A model generated the notes under the pieces. It made no database searches. It had not been told where the DNA came from and worked only from the letters and a program-made list of their open reading frames with translations. Made by a program: the position numbers and the translations under genes. From Alkalispirochaeta sp. (GTDB lineage Bacteria; Spirochaetota; Spirochaetia; DSM-27196; Alkalispirochaetaceae), in the NCBI GenBank assembly GCA_965601925.1, contig OZ271854.1:160001-224000 (forward strand): a stretch of 64,000 nucleotides of DNA, written 5' to 3'. Positions 8,393 through 18,101 of the stretch are shown here, piece after piece; position 1 is the stretch's first letter; the number at the start of each line of letters is the position of its first letter.

Positions 8393-8611
8393 TGCTGGCG
8401 ATTTTCCACAAAAGGCGCCGCGATGTCACGGGGTCGCCCACCGATTCTCACCAGGATGCAAACTGCAAGGAGCACACGGGGCATCACCCTCATGTGCGCT
8501 TCTCCTCCGAACACACGCGCCGGGGGCGCCTACCGCCCCCTTTCGTATCGGGAACGGTCGGACATCGGTGTCCGTAGTGATCGGTTGCCGGCGCTTCGGT
8601 ATGATAGAGGG

Positions 8612-9355
8612 ATGAGCAATCGGAGTGCCGTGAAGATACAGCGAAACGAGGCGTTGGGTGAGGCGATCTGGAAGTACGGATGCGGCTCCCGAGCCGAGCG
8701 AGTTCACGCTCATGCCGAGCACTCCGTAGCGTTCGTCGTGCGGGGACGGACGCGTGCGAGGATCGGCTCTACACCGGTCGACCTTCGCGAGGGAGCGTGC
8801 ATCTTCATCCCGGCGGGAACTCCCCATCTATGCGCGCCGGTGGATCCGGCGAGGTTCGTCTACCACGTCGTGTATGCCCATGAATCGGTCGCCGCCGCGT
8901 TCGCTCGGTGCAATGTGTCCGACGACTCCGTTGTTGTCGGGCGCGCACAGCCGTCGGTCGCGGCGGATCTCCACAGCCTTTTTTCAAGCGCCTCGGTTCG
9001 CGAGACCGCTGAGCGCGAACTTCGCGAAATTCTCGCGAAGTGTTTCGCCGAACGCGAGGAATCATACGGTCCGTTTCGCTCCATTCTTCCGCGTATCGCG
9101 CCACATCCGCCGGTGACGGACGATGAGCCGGGGTCGCGATATCGACTCTTTCGGTGGTACAAACGACGGTACGCGATCGGTGTCCACGGCTACATGCAGA
9201 ATGCACGTATCGAAGCATCAAAAATCCTTCTCCGACGCGGTGTATCGGTCGCCCACGCCGCCGCGGAGTGCGACTTCTTCGACCAGAGCCATTTCGCCCG
9301 CACCTTTCGTCTATATACCGGGATGGCGCCTTCGGCATACCGGAACGGCCGGTAG
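8612..9355 (+). CDS. AraC family transcriptional regulator
   Basis: Cupin HAH...PH.C and C-terminal HTH FFDQSHFARTFRLYTGMAPSAYR; start re-assigned to ATG 8612. Confidence 0.9.
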   Translation: MSNRSAVKIQRNEALGEAIWKYGCGSRAERVHAHAEHSVAFVVRGRTRARIGSTPVDLREGACIFIPAGTPHLCAPVDPARFVYHVVYAHESVAAAFARCNVSDDSVVVGRAQPSVAADLHSLFSSASVRETAERELREILAKCFAEREESYGPFRSILPRIAPHPPVTDDEPGSRYRLFRWYKRRYAIGVHGYMQNARIEASKILLRRGVSVAHAAAECDFFDQSHFARTFRLYTGMAPSAYRNGR

Positions 9356-9417
9356 GTGCGCACAATTGTACAATGCGCCTCCCTCGTTCACGGTACAAGA
9401 TCGCCGGAGGAGGCTTC

Positions 9418-9813
9418 ATGAAAATCTCAATGGTTGTCGATGGCACGCTCCCCGTCGGTCTGGTTGCAAACTGCACGGCGGTACTGGGTGCCGCACTGGG
9501 CGCTCGGTATCCGGAAATCATCGGGGCGGACACCACGGATCGCACGGGATTGTCGTATCCGGGAATCACGACCGTTCCGATACCGATTCTACGGGCGAGC
9601 CGGGAGGCGCTCGCGGATATCGTCGGTACGGCGTCCGAAACGTCCACCTGTATCGTGTTCACCGATCTCGCCCAACGGTGTCGCACCTACACCGAGTACG
9701 AGCTGCAACTGGGGCAGACCGATATCGAACGAATCGCCGTCGTCGGCCTGTGCCTCATCGGTGACAAACGGACGGTGAATCGTCTGACGGGATCGTTACC
9801 GCTGTACCGATAA
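9418..9813 (+). CDS. DUF2000 family (peptidyl-tRNA hydrolase II-like fold) protein
   Basis: RBS GGAGGAGG; LP.GL.AN..AVL, PIPIL, C-terminal VNRLTGSLPLYR; this family is typically paired with AraC regulators. Confidence 0.8.
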   Translation: MKISMVVDGTLPVGLVANCTAVLGAALGARYPEIIGADTTDRTGLSYPGITTVPIPILRASREALADIVGTASETSTCIVFTDLAQRCRTYTEYELQLGQTDIERIAVVGLCLIGDKRTVNRLTGSLPLYR

Positions 9814-10036
9814 CACACGTTCCCGGGGACGTTGCGACAGGCGTCGCACGAAACGCGATATTGATGTACAATGAACGTCTCGCCGCCGCCGTCGGAGGCG
9901 GGGCAGCGCATGCGGTCCGCTCTCGGTACGCGTACGCTGCATGGGGGTCCGGCATGCGACGGCACAACATAGACCTATGCGATGATTGATGAGTAAATCT
10001 ATATTGTAAAGGTGTATATTCCGGGAGGACAGAGAC

Positions 10037-10501
10037 ATGCATTGTAGATTCTACCGAGCCTTAGTGCTCTCCGCGGTCGCTCTTGCGACGGCAACGCACG
10101 CGTGGGCACAGTCCGCAGATCGTATCGACGAGCTACTCGCACAGGAGTCGGCGCAGACCGGTAGTGCGGCGTATCTGATACTTGCCGCTGCACAGCTCAT
10201 AGACGAATCGGCCACACCAACACAGGCGGTCGAGTATGCAATCGCCGAAGGCATGCTTCCCCCGGACACCGGTCTCGACGAGGCCGTCACGTTCGGACGA
10301 TTCTCCTACCTCCTTACGCGCTCATTCGATATCCCGGGCGGTGTGATGTATCGCCTGCTACCCGGCCCGCGCTACGCGGCGCGCGAGGTGGTGTTTCAGG
10401 GTTGGTCGCGCAGACGGCGCGACACCGGCGAGCTCCTCGATGGAGAGACGGTTACGCGTATACTCAGCGTCTATTTGAACGAGCAAGGGGGAACGCAATG
10501 A
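10037..10501 (+). CDS. Secreted hypothetical protein (SLH-like helical domain)
   Basis: RBS GGGAGG; signal peptide AWA-Q; GGVMYRLLPGPRYA.RE motif. Confidence 0.7.
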   Translation: MHCRFYRALVLSAVALATATHAWAQSADRIDELLAQESAQTGSAAYLILAAAQLIDESATPTQAVEYAIAEGMLPPDTGLDEAVTFGRFSYLLTRSFDIPGGVMYRLLPGPRYAAREVVFQGWSRRRRDTGELLDGETVTRILSVYLNEQGGTQ

Positions 10502-11880
10502 GGGCACGGAGCATAAAAGGGTCGTTTCCCCGAGGGATCGTAACGTTTCTCTTCCTTGTCGGCTTCGTCCCCGCGCTGTTCGCCTTCGACTGGGGCGGCA
10601 GCATCACGACGATAAACACTTCGCAGGCGGTCGCCGAGGGGTCGGACGACGATACATTCATCAATCGGGAAAAGCTCGTGATGTATCTAACCGGCAACAT
10701 CGGCTCAACGAGGGAGTACGTGACGCAACTCGGCCTCCTCTTCGATTCCGAGGAGCCGACGTTTGCCGTCGATATCGAACGCTTGTTCATACAGAATACC
10801 CGGACGCCGGAGAGCGAGTCGGTGGTACGCCTGGTAACGCGGCTCGGCCGTTTCAACGTTTCGGACCCCATCGGATACATCGTCCGCCACCCGGTGGACG
10901 GCGGAGCGATCGTGGTCAGCGGCAGGCGATGGGACCTGGACCTGAGCGCCGGCACGACGGCGTTGGTCAACAGATCGTTCAGTAACGCGTCCATGAGTAT
11001 CCGCGACGAGGTAGATATCGAGGACGAAGACGAATACTTCGGCCCGGGGCGCTTCATCGGTATCGTACGGCTCGGTCTTCCCGATATCGTTCCGACGCAG
11101 AATGTCGGTTTTTCCATTATCGCCCAAGAGGACATGCGCGATCCCTCTTCGGTCGTTCAGGAGGGGGATGAGCCGACCGATGTCGATGAGGCCGGCGGCG
11201 TCCTCGACACGCAGTACCTTCTGGTAACGATCGACGGGACGATCGTGGGCAACCTCTTCTACGAGGTGGGGTACGCGTTGGGTCTCGGACGAACCTTGAG
11301 CCTTATCGAGGACGAGGCGGCGGTCGGCGGCGAGGCGTATCGTTACGAACAGATTCGCTCGCACTTGGTAAGTGCGGGAGTCGAGTACTATCTCACCGAT
11401 TTTCTCTCTTCGGTAGTACGCGCAGGCGTAACCGTCACGACCGGCGACGACGACTACTCCTCATACACCGAAGGCAATACCGACGGCTACGCGACCATGT
11501 TCACACCGATCGCGGGACGCAGCGCCGGAGCGGTTTTCGGCCTCCAACCTGGAAACGCGACCATTGTCGATCTATCTTATGTATTAAGGCCGTTCGGAGG
11601 CGCGACGAGTTCTTTCCTGAGTGAGTTTCAGACCGAAGCGTCGTTCTACAGCTTCTTTCGCACCGCGGGGTCCGGTCCGGTGTCGGTCTCCGAGGTAGAC
11701 GCCTCTACCGACGAGGTGTATCTGGGAAGCGAAGTCGACGTCGCGTTGCGCTTTCGACCGTATAGCGATTTCGGGTTCGGCCTTACGACCGGAGTATTCG
11801 TAGGAAACGAGAGCGCACTGCTCGACGAGGTCGACAGTCTCGACTGGATCGTTCGCCTCCAGGCCTCGCTGAGCTTTTAG
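10498..11880 (+). CDS. Putative outer-membrane beta-barrel protein
   Basis: ATGA overlap; signal peptide LFA-FDWGG; amphipathic beta strands; YLGSEVDVALRFRP; terminal ASLSF barrel signal. Confidence 0.7.
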   Translation: MRARSIKGSFPRGIVTFLFLVGFVPALFAFDWGGSITTINTSQAVAEGSDDDTFINREKLVMYLTGNIGSTREYVTQLGLLFDSEEPTFAVDIERLFIQNTRTPESESVVRLVTRLGRFNVSDPIGYIVRHPVDGGAIVVSGRRWDLDLSAGTTALVNRSFSNASMSIRDEVDIEDEDEYFGPGRFIGIVRLGLPDIVPTQNVGFSIIAQEDMRDPSSVVQEGDEPTDVDEAGGVLDTQYLLVTIDGTIVGNLFYEVGYALGLGRTLSLIEDEAAVGGEAYRYEQIRSHLVSAGVEYYLTDFLSSVVRAGVTVTTGDDDYSSYTEGNTDGYATMFTPIAGRSAGAVFGLQPGNATIVDLSYVLRPFGGATSSFLSEFQTEASFYSFFRTAGSGPVSVSEVDASTDEVYLGSEVDVALRFRPYSDFGFGLTTGVFVGNESALLDEVDSLDWIVRLQASLSF

Positions 11881-11902
11881 GTGAAAAGAGGGGGATCAAG
11901 AT

Positions 11903-12571
11903 ATGAGGATACGCATGATAGCGATCGCGATGCTGGTACTCATTGCCGCGACCGGTTGGACGCAGGCGGAGTTCACCGCGGTCAACGGACGCGTGGAAGT
12001 CCGTGCATCGTCGGCCCGCGAGTGGTCGCCTGCCGAAGTAGGAATGCGCATCGACGCCAACACGATGATCTCGACCGGTTTCGACGCCTCGGCGGTGTTG
12101 GCCATGGGAGCGTCGACGGTACGGGTGGCGCAGCTCACACGGATGGAGTTCGAAGAGATCGTCGAAGAGCCCGATGCGGTTCGAACCAATCTCAACCTCA
12201 ATGTGGGACGGATGAGCGCGCAGGTGCGCTCGGTCGACGATCGTCGCCAGGATTTTCGCGTTCGTAGTCCGATCGCGACCGCGTCGGTACGCGGAACGTC
12301 ATTCACATTCGACGGCGAGCGTCTCGAGGTAGAGGAGGGACAGGTTTCGTTCTCCAATAGTAACAATCAAAGCCGATCGGTAAGTGCGGGACAGTCGAGC
12401 ACGACCACGGGCGACGAGCCGCCCGCCTCCCCGTCGAATCAGGCCGGAGAAGATGTGACGGTGGATATCGCTCCCGTCGGTGCCGGTAGCGACGACGAGC
12501 CCGACACCGGTGCGGCTACCGAAGGTGGCGGCCAGTCCACGCGCGGAACCGTCACGACCGAGATCAATTAG
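11903..12571 (+). CDS. Secreted FecR-domain protein
   Basis: Signal peptide; V.G.VEV, ISTG, LNVGRM and FRVRSPIATASVRGTSF FecR motifs. Confidence 0.85.
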   Translation: MRIRMIAIAMLVLIAATGWTQAEFTAVNGRVEVRASSAREWSPAEVGMRIDANTMISTGFDASAVLAMGASTVRVAQLTRMEFEEIVEEPDAVRTNLNLNVGRMSAQVRSVDDRRQDFRVRSPIATASVRGTSFTFDGERLEVEEGQVSFSNSNNQSRSVSAGQSSTTTGDEPPASPSNQAGEDVTVDIAPVGAGSDDEPDTGAATEGGGQSTRGTVTTEIN

Positions 12572-12580
12572 GGGGCGCGT

Positions 12581-14089
12581 ATGAATGCGAAACATATAGG
12601 ACGGATTGCAGCGGGATGCGCACTTCTCGTGCTCCTCGGCTCGTGTATGATTGCGGGCGGGGACGACGATACGGGAGGCGTGCGGATCGGGCTGCCGGTC
12701 GTCGGGAGCTCCGCGGTGAGCAGCGGCGTCGATACGGCGCGCGTCTGGCTCTACACTGCAAGTAACCTCGAGTACGGAATCTCCGGCGGCGCGGCCCGCC
12801 TACCCGACGACAGTGCGAACTACGCTCAGGCGAGTCTCACCGCCGCGGGTGGAGAGGTGGTCATTGACGACATACCCGCGGGCGACGGATATCGCCTGGT
12901 CGTAGTGCTCGGCACGCTCGACGGGAGCGTTTTCACGCCGATCGACGTTGCCGAGAGCGACGCGTTCGAGATAGCCGGCGGCAGAGAGACTCGCCTCTCC
13001 CTCACCGCCGCTCTTGCGGGACCGTTGACCACGGCATTAGAGGGTATCGCCCTCAACGCGGTAGTGGAGACGCGCATCAGCGCCTCGGATATCGTGTTTT
13101 CCAGTTCGACCTCCACGGTCTACCAAGATCCGTTCAGTTCCGACACCTCCTACGGGGTGGGTGACTACTTCGGTACCGCACAGACGATCAACAGCGTCAG
13201 CGTGGGTCGATTTTCCGCCGGCAATGAAGCCACGTTCGTTAACACCGACACCGGTGTATACTCGATCGTCTCAGGCGGTTCGCCGGCGACGATCAACACG
13301 GCGCTCGCGGATTCGATGACGTCCGCCGGTATCGCCGATATCGTCGATTCGGGCGCGTTCTATGACGACGCCTCGGGTGATACGATCATCTATTATGAAC
13401 GTCTCGGGGGAATCGGCGGCGCGTCACTGACGGATCTTGCCTTCGGCGGATTGGCGGCCGACGCGTGGGAAGATTCGGGGGACGATTTAGGCGACTACAT
13501 CGACGAGGACGAGAGCCCGGTGCGAGCCGCAGCCAACAACACAACCGACACGGCCTACATCGCGAGCGTCCTCGGTACATTCGCCGTCACCCAAGAGTAC
13601 TACGAAACCGATTTCGATGCCGGCGCGATCATCGCCGGGAACGATGAGGCGGGTTTGACCTTCTGGGGAGTGGCATACCCGGGAAACGACCGCCCTCTGC
13701 GCATCACGCAGCTCGGATACATCGAGACCGACGGCGGGGAGTACTTGGCCGTCGGCACACCGCGCGGGGCCTTTACCTTTCCCGTCTCGGCAATCGCGCG
13801 CGCCTCGGACAACGGCGGTCTCATACCGGCGGATGACGTTACGCAGATAGCGTCGCTTATCGATCAGCCGATCCTCGATCTTTCGGTTAATGACGGGTAC
13901 GCGGCGTTTCTCACCGCGCGTTCACTCACGGTCACGGACGCGCTCACGGCCGATTTAACGGAACTTTATTCCAAACCGTTGCGCTCCGTGACGCTGGGGG
14001 CACCGAGTGACGTGTTTGTCGCCGCCGACGGGAGTGCGCCGGTGGTGTATATCGCCGGGAGCACCGGATTGACGAGCGTCACCGAGTAA
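12581..14089 (+). CDS. Large acidic lipoprotein (Ig-like N-domain plus probable beta-propeller)
   Basis: Lipobox LLGS-C; beta-rich; D/E/T/S-rich; co-oriented with the FecR gene. Confidence 0.7.
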   Translation: MNAKHIGRIAAGCALLVLLGSCMIAGGDDDTGGVRIGLPVVGSSAVSSGVDTARVWLYTASNLEYGISGGAARLPDDSANYAQASLTAAGGEVVIDDIPAGDGYRLVVVLGTLDGSVFTPIDVAESDAFEIAGGRETRLSLTAALAGPLTTALEGIALNAVVETRISASDIVFSSSTSTVYQDPFSSDTSYGVGDYFGTAQTINSVSVGRFSAGNEATFVNTDTGVYSIVSGGSPATINTALADSMTSAGIADIVDSGAFYDDASGDTIIYYERLGGIGGASLTDLAFGGLAADAWEDSGDDLGDYIDEDESPVRAAANNTTDTAYIASVLGTFAVTQEYYETDFDAGAIIAGNDEAGLTFWGVAYPGNDRPLRITQLGYIETDGGEYLAVGTPRGAFTFPVSAIARASDNGGLIPADDVTQIASLIDQPILDLSVNDGYAAFLTARSLTVTDALTADLTELYSKPLRSVTLGAPSDVFVAADGSAPVVYIAGSTGLTSVTE

Positions 14090-14143
14090 GGAAGGACGGT
14101 ACAGGCCTCCCGCCGAGGAATAGACGGCGGGCATACGGACCAC

Positions 14144-14175
14144 AAAAGGGGACGCTCAATGCGTCCCCTTTTTTT
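14144..14175. terminator. Rho-independent (probably bidirectional) terminator
   Basis: AAAAGGGGACGC-TCAAT-GCGTCCCCTTTTTTT between convergent genes. Confidence 0.85.
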
Positions 14176-14353
14176 GCACTCCTGGAAACCGAGGCGGGAG
14201 AATACCCTCGTCGGTCGTTCTCCCCGAAGATTTGTGCGCCGTGTCGTATGCCGTTAACCGCGTGTCACTCGGAACACGGCATGGCGCGTCGGGCGAGAGG
14301 ACGTAGTCTACGGCTTCGTACGCGCCGGCCCTCACGAGAAAGGGCGGCCGCTC

Positions 14354-15361
14354 CTAAATGTGCAGTCTCATACCGATGATGCCGCCGTAGGCCCGCGTAT
14401 CTACAGCGTAATTCAGGTGCAGAAAAAGATTCAAAATCGCGAGTTTGATATCGGAACCGGCGTTGATCACCACGTTGAAATCGTTGAAATCCTGCTCGGA
14501 GAGCGGCTCGACCGACGGGGCCGTCGGGTCCGCGGAGTTGTTGATGTTGGCCGAAAAGTCGTCGGCCCCGGCGCGATACGTCGAGCGTTGGAAGTATCCA
14601 CTGACACCGATAAACGGGTAGGTAACGCGCAAGAATCGCGTCGATGCGCGCGCATCGATACCGATCGAATGGGTCTGCGCCTCGAACGTGATATCCCCGT
14701 TGAGATCGAGGGTCGTCTCACTCGCACCGGAACCGGTGGTAATCGGGTCGAGCTCCTCTAAATCGTACGAAAAATCTATCATGCTGAACACGTAGCCGAG
14801 ACCGACCGAGATCGCCGGGACGCCGTCCTGCTGTTCTACGAGCACTTTTCGAGCCCGCGTGCCGATGGTGGTAATCGTGGCGTCTACGCCGTCGACCGGG
14901 ATGAGCCCGCTCGCGGCCGCCGGCACGAGCCCAACCTGGAAATCGAGCTCATATCCACCGACGAGTCCTACGCCGAACGTGGCGCGCATGCTGGGATACG
15001 GAGCATAATTGTCGGTGACGTCGCGCACGCTCGAATCGTTGAGCCCCGCTTCGTCCAGGAAGGTGTCGATAAGGGCGAAGTTCTCAAACTTGGCCTCGTC
15101 GTCGGTAAACTCCAGCACACCCGGCGCTACGGTCGCGCCGGTAGAGAGAGAGAAATACATACGGGGGAAATCTCCCAACTCCGCGCTTCCCAATCCGTGA
15201 TTGAGAACCGACGCCGTCTGCAAGTTGGGCATGATCTCCTCTCCCAACTCTTCGAACACGGTCTGCAGATCGGTGGAAAGCTGATCCAGGGCCGACTGTG
15301 CGTACACGGTCGTCGTGAGAACAGCAAAACAGATACTCGCTACAACGCTTTTTCGCCACAC
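14354..15361 (-). CDS. Putative outer-membrane protein
   Basis: Signal peptide VYA-Q; multiple amphipathic beta strands in the C-terminal half ending GIIGMRLHI. Confidence 0.65.
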   Translation of the reverse strand: MWRKSVVASICFAVLTTTVYAQSALDQLSTDLQTVFEELGEEIMPNLQTASVLNHGLGSAELGDFPRMYFSLSTGATVAPGVLEFTDDEAKFENFALIDTFLDEAGLNDSSVRDVTDNYAPYPSMRATFGVGLVGGYELDFQVGLVPAAASGLIPVDGVDATITTIGTRARKVLVEQQDGVPAISVGLGYVFSMIDFSYDLEELDPITTGSGASETTLDLNGDITFEAQTHSIGIDARASTRFLRVTYPFIGVSGYFQRSTYRAGADDFSANINNSADPTAPSVEPLSEQDFNDFNVVINAGSDIKLAILNLFLHLNYAVDTRAYGGIIGMRLHI

Positions 15362-15554
15362 AATACACCCCCTGTAACGCGGCCTTCATAGTAATGTACC
15401 CGAATATCGCCGTGGTATCCAATTGTTTTCATCAACTTTGGACGGCGCATCGCTCCCTCGGTGCAAAACAGCGCCTGATAACGGAGCACGGGCGGTTCGG
15501 GCGACCGTCAGGCGTAGGCCGATCCCGCGGCGCGCAACGATACGTACTCCGGCA

Positions 15555-16181
15555 TTACGACACCAGGGCGACCGCCTCGCGCGAGACCGACTCAATGCGC
15601 GCGAAGTCGCCTTCGGCGATCCAATCGTGCCTGACCATCCAGCTTCCGCCGCACGCCGCGACGCTCGGGAGCGCGAGATAATCGGCGAGATTGGCGGCGT
15701 TGATACCGCCGGTAGGCACGAAGGAGACCTCCGGAAAAACCGCCGCGACCGACTTGAGGAATCCCGCTCCCCCGGCGTGCTCGGCGGGGAAAAACTTGAG
15801 TACGTCGAGCCCGTATGACACGGCGCGCTCGATCTCGGTCGGGGTAATGGTACCCGGTATGTGGGGGATTCCGCGCTTAGCCGCATGCTCGACGATGTCG
15901 GGGTCGAAGCCCGGAGCGACGAGAAACTCGGCACCCCCGTCGATCGCCCAATCGATCTGCTCGACGGTTCGCACCGTGCCGGCGCCGACGCGCAGGTCTC
16001 CCGACGCATCGCGGCAACGCTTGATCGCCTCGGCGGCGGCGGCGGTGCGAAACGTGATCTCGATTACGGTGATACCCGCGGCAACGAGAGCGCGTCCTAC
16101 ATCGGGGGCACGAACGGCGTCCTCGATCTTCACGACCGGCACGATTTTATTGGTTCCCAGAAGCTCGATAACGGACTGCAT
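15555..16181 (-). CDS. eda: KDPG/KHG aldolase
   Basis: IEITFRT, VGAGTV, LKFFPAE, FVPTGGI, CGGSW; start re-assigned to ATG 16181 after GGAGG. Confidence 0.93.
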   Translation of the reverse strand: MQSVIELLGTNKIVPVVKIEDAVRAPDVGRALVAAGITVIEITFRTAAAAEAIKRCRDASGDLRVGAGTVRTVEQIDWAIDGGAEFLVAPGFDPDIVEHAAKRGIPHIPGTITPTEIERAVSYGLDVLKFFPAEHAGGAGFLKSVAAVFPEVSFVPTGGINAANLADYLALPSVAACGGSWMVRHDWIAEGDFARIESVSREAVALVS

Positions 16182-16200
16182 ACCAGGTGACCTCCAGCGA

Positions 16201-17997
16201 TTATACGTCGATGAGATTGTCCATAATGAACTCCCGCCGCTCGGGAGTATTCTTCCCCATGTAGAACTCCAACGTCTCCTGTATCCCCTTGATCGTCTTG
16301 ACGTTGACCGGCACGAGGCGCATGTCGGCACTGATGAACTGACCGAACTCCTTGGGTGATATCTCGCCCAACCCCTTGAAGCGCGTCACCTCGGCGCCGC
16401 GAATCTCCTCGAGTGCCGCGTTGCGCTCCGAGGCGGAGTAGCAATAGCGCGTCTCGCGTTTGTTGCGCACGCGAAAAAGGGGGGTCTCCAGGATGTGTAC
16501 GTGCCCGGCCACGACCAGCTCCTCGAAGTACTGCAGAAAGAAGGTGAGCAAAAGGTTCCGAATGTGAAAACCGTCGTGGTCGGCGTCGGTGGTGATCACG
16601 ATACGGTTGTAGCGTAGGCCGGATACGTCTTCTTCGATACCGAGGGCCATCATCATGTTGTACAGCTCCTCGTTGCGATAGATGTCGCTCCGCTTTTTGG
16701 CAAACATATTCTGCGGCTTGCCGCGGAGGCTGAATATCGCCTGAGTATACACGTCCCGCGACGCGACCATGCTGCCGGTGGCGCTATCGCCCTCGGTGAT
16801 GAAGATTGTACTCTGTCCGGCCAGATCGTGACGGTCGCCGAGGTGGTACTTGCAGTCCTTGAGCTTGGGAATCTTGAGGGCGATCTTCTTCGCCGCCTCC
16901 CGGCTCTCCTTGCGTACCGCGTTGAGCTCTTTGCGCAACTTCTCGTTCTGCGTGATTTTCTGCTCGAGACCCTTCGCCGCGTCCTTGTTTTTGTGAAGAA
17001 AGTCCACGACCGCCGCCTTGACCTCGCCGACGATCCAGCTCCGGACATCGGAGTTACCCAACTTGTTTTTCGTCTGTCCCTCGAACTGCGGATCCTTGAG
17101 GCGAATGGCGATCGCCCCGGCAATCCCCTCTCTCACGTCCTCACCGGCGTAGTTCTTTCTGTAGAACTCGTTGGCGCCCTTCAGGATCCCCTCACGAAAG
17201 GCGCTTTGGTGCGTGCCTCCGTCTGAGGTGTACTGTCCGTTGACGAACGACCAATGCGTCTCTCCGTAGTTGGTCGTGTGGGTAAAGGCGAACTCCAATC
17301 GATCGGCCCTGAGGTAGGCGATCTCGTAGAGCGCCTTGTCTCCCACCTCGGCGTCCAACAAGTCCCGTAAGCCCCCTTCGGAAACGATACGCTCTTTGTT
17401 GTACACGATGGTGAGTCCGGCGTTGAGATAGGCGTAGTTCCACAACCGCTGCAGGATGAACTCCTCGTTGAACTCGTACTCGCCGAAGAGCTCGCGATCC
17501 GGACGAAACTGTACCCACGTGCCGTCGCGATGCTTGTCGGTCTTACCCTTCTTCTCGCGTTTGAGCACTCCGCGCTCGAACGCCGCCTCGGCAAAGCGCC
17601 CCTCGCGGAATGAGGCGGCGTGGAAGTGCTCCGAGAGGGCGTTGACCGCCTTCGTGCCGACACCGTTGAGGCCGACGGAAAATTGAAAGACCTCGTCGTT
17701 GTACTTTGCGCCGGTATTGATCTGACTCACCGCGTCGGTGAGTTTTCCCAACGGGATACCGCGGCCGTAGTCGCGCACGGTCACCGTCCCGTCGCCGTCG
17801 CGCTTTATCTCGATCCGCTTTCCGTGTCCCATGATAAACTCGTCGATCGCGTTGTCCACCACCTCTTTGAGGAGAATGTAAATACCGTCGTCAAAGTTGC
17901 CGCCGTCACCGAGACGGCCGATATACATGCCGCTTCGCAGGCGAATGTGTTCCAGGCTTGAGAGCGTCTTTATCGTACTTTCGTCATACTTGGCCAT
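16201..17997 (-). CDS. parE: DNA topoisomerase IV subunit B
   Basis: EHIRLRSGMYIG, EVVDNAIDE, DYGRGIP, TEGDSA, LRGKP, DADHDG, RFKGLGE; start at MAKYDE. Confidence 0.92.
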   Translation of the reverse strand: MAKYDESTIKTLSSLEHIRLRSGMYIGRLGDGGNFDDGIYILLKEVVDNAIDEFIMGHGKRIEIKRDGDGTVTVRDYGRGIPLGKLTDAVSQINTGAKYNDEVFQFSVGLNGVGTKAVNALSEHFHAASFREGRFAEAAFERGVLKREKKGKTDKHRDGTWVQFRPDRELFGEYEFNEEFILQRLWNYAYLNAGLTIVYNKERIVSEGGLRDLLDAEVGDKALYEIAYLRADRLEFAFTHTTNYGETHWSFVNGQYTSDGGTHQSAFREGILKGANEFYRKNYAGEDVREGIAGAIAIRLKDPQFEGQTKNKLGNSDVRSWIVGEVKAAVVDFLHKNKDAAKGLEQKITQNEKLRKELNAVRKESREAAKKIALKIPKLKDCKYHLGDRHDLAGQSTIFITEGDSATGSMVASRDVYTQAIFSLRGKPQNMFAKKRSDIYRNEELYNMMMALGIEEDVSGLRYNRIVITTDADHDGFHIRNLLLTFFLQYFEELVVAGHVHILETPLFRVRNKRETRYCYSASERNAALEEIRGAEVTRFKGLGEISPKEFGQFISADMRLVPVNVKTIKGIQETLEFYMGKNTPERREFIMDNLIDV

Positions 17998-18101
17998 CGG
18001 GGTGTGAGAATAGCACAAAGGACGGCCTCGGACCAGCGAGACGTAGACCCGAAAACCCGCGCGGTTGGTGATCTTCGTCGCGTTAGACTACCTTATGAAG
18101 T

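Noticed and set aside
8522..8543. Hairpin GGGGGCG-CCTAC-CGCCCCC-TTT as riboswitch or attenuator
   Set aside because: Short stem, no recognisable aptamer, no upstream plus-strand gene
7703..8611. 550-aa version of the AraC ORF
   Set aside because: The extension is antisense to parC; AraC domains begin at ATG 8612
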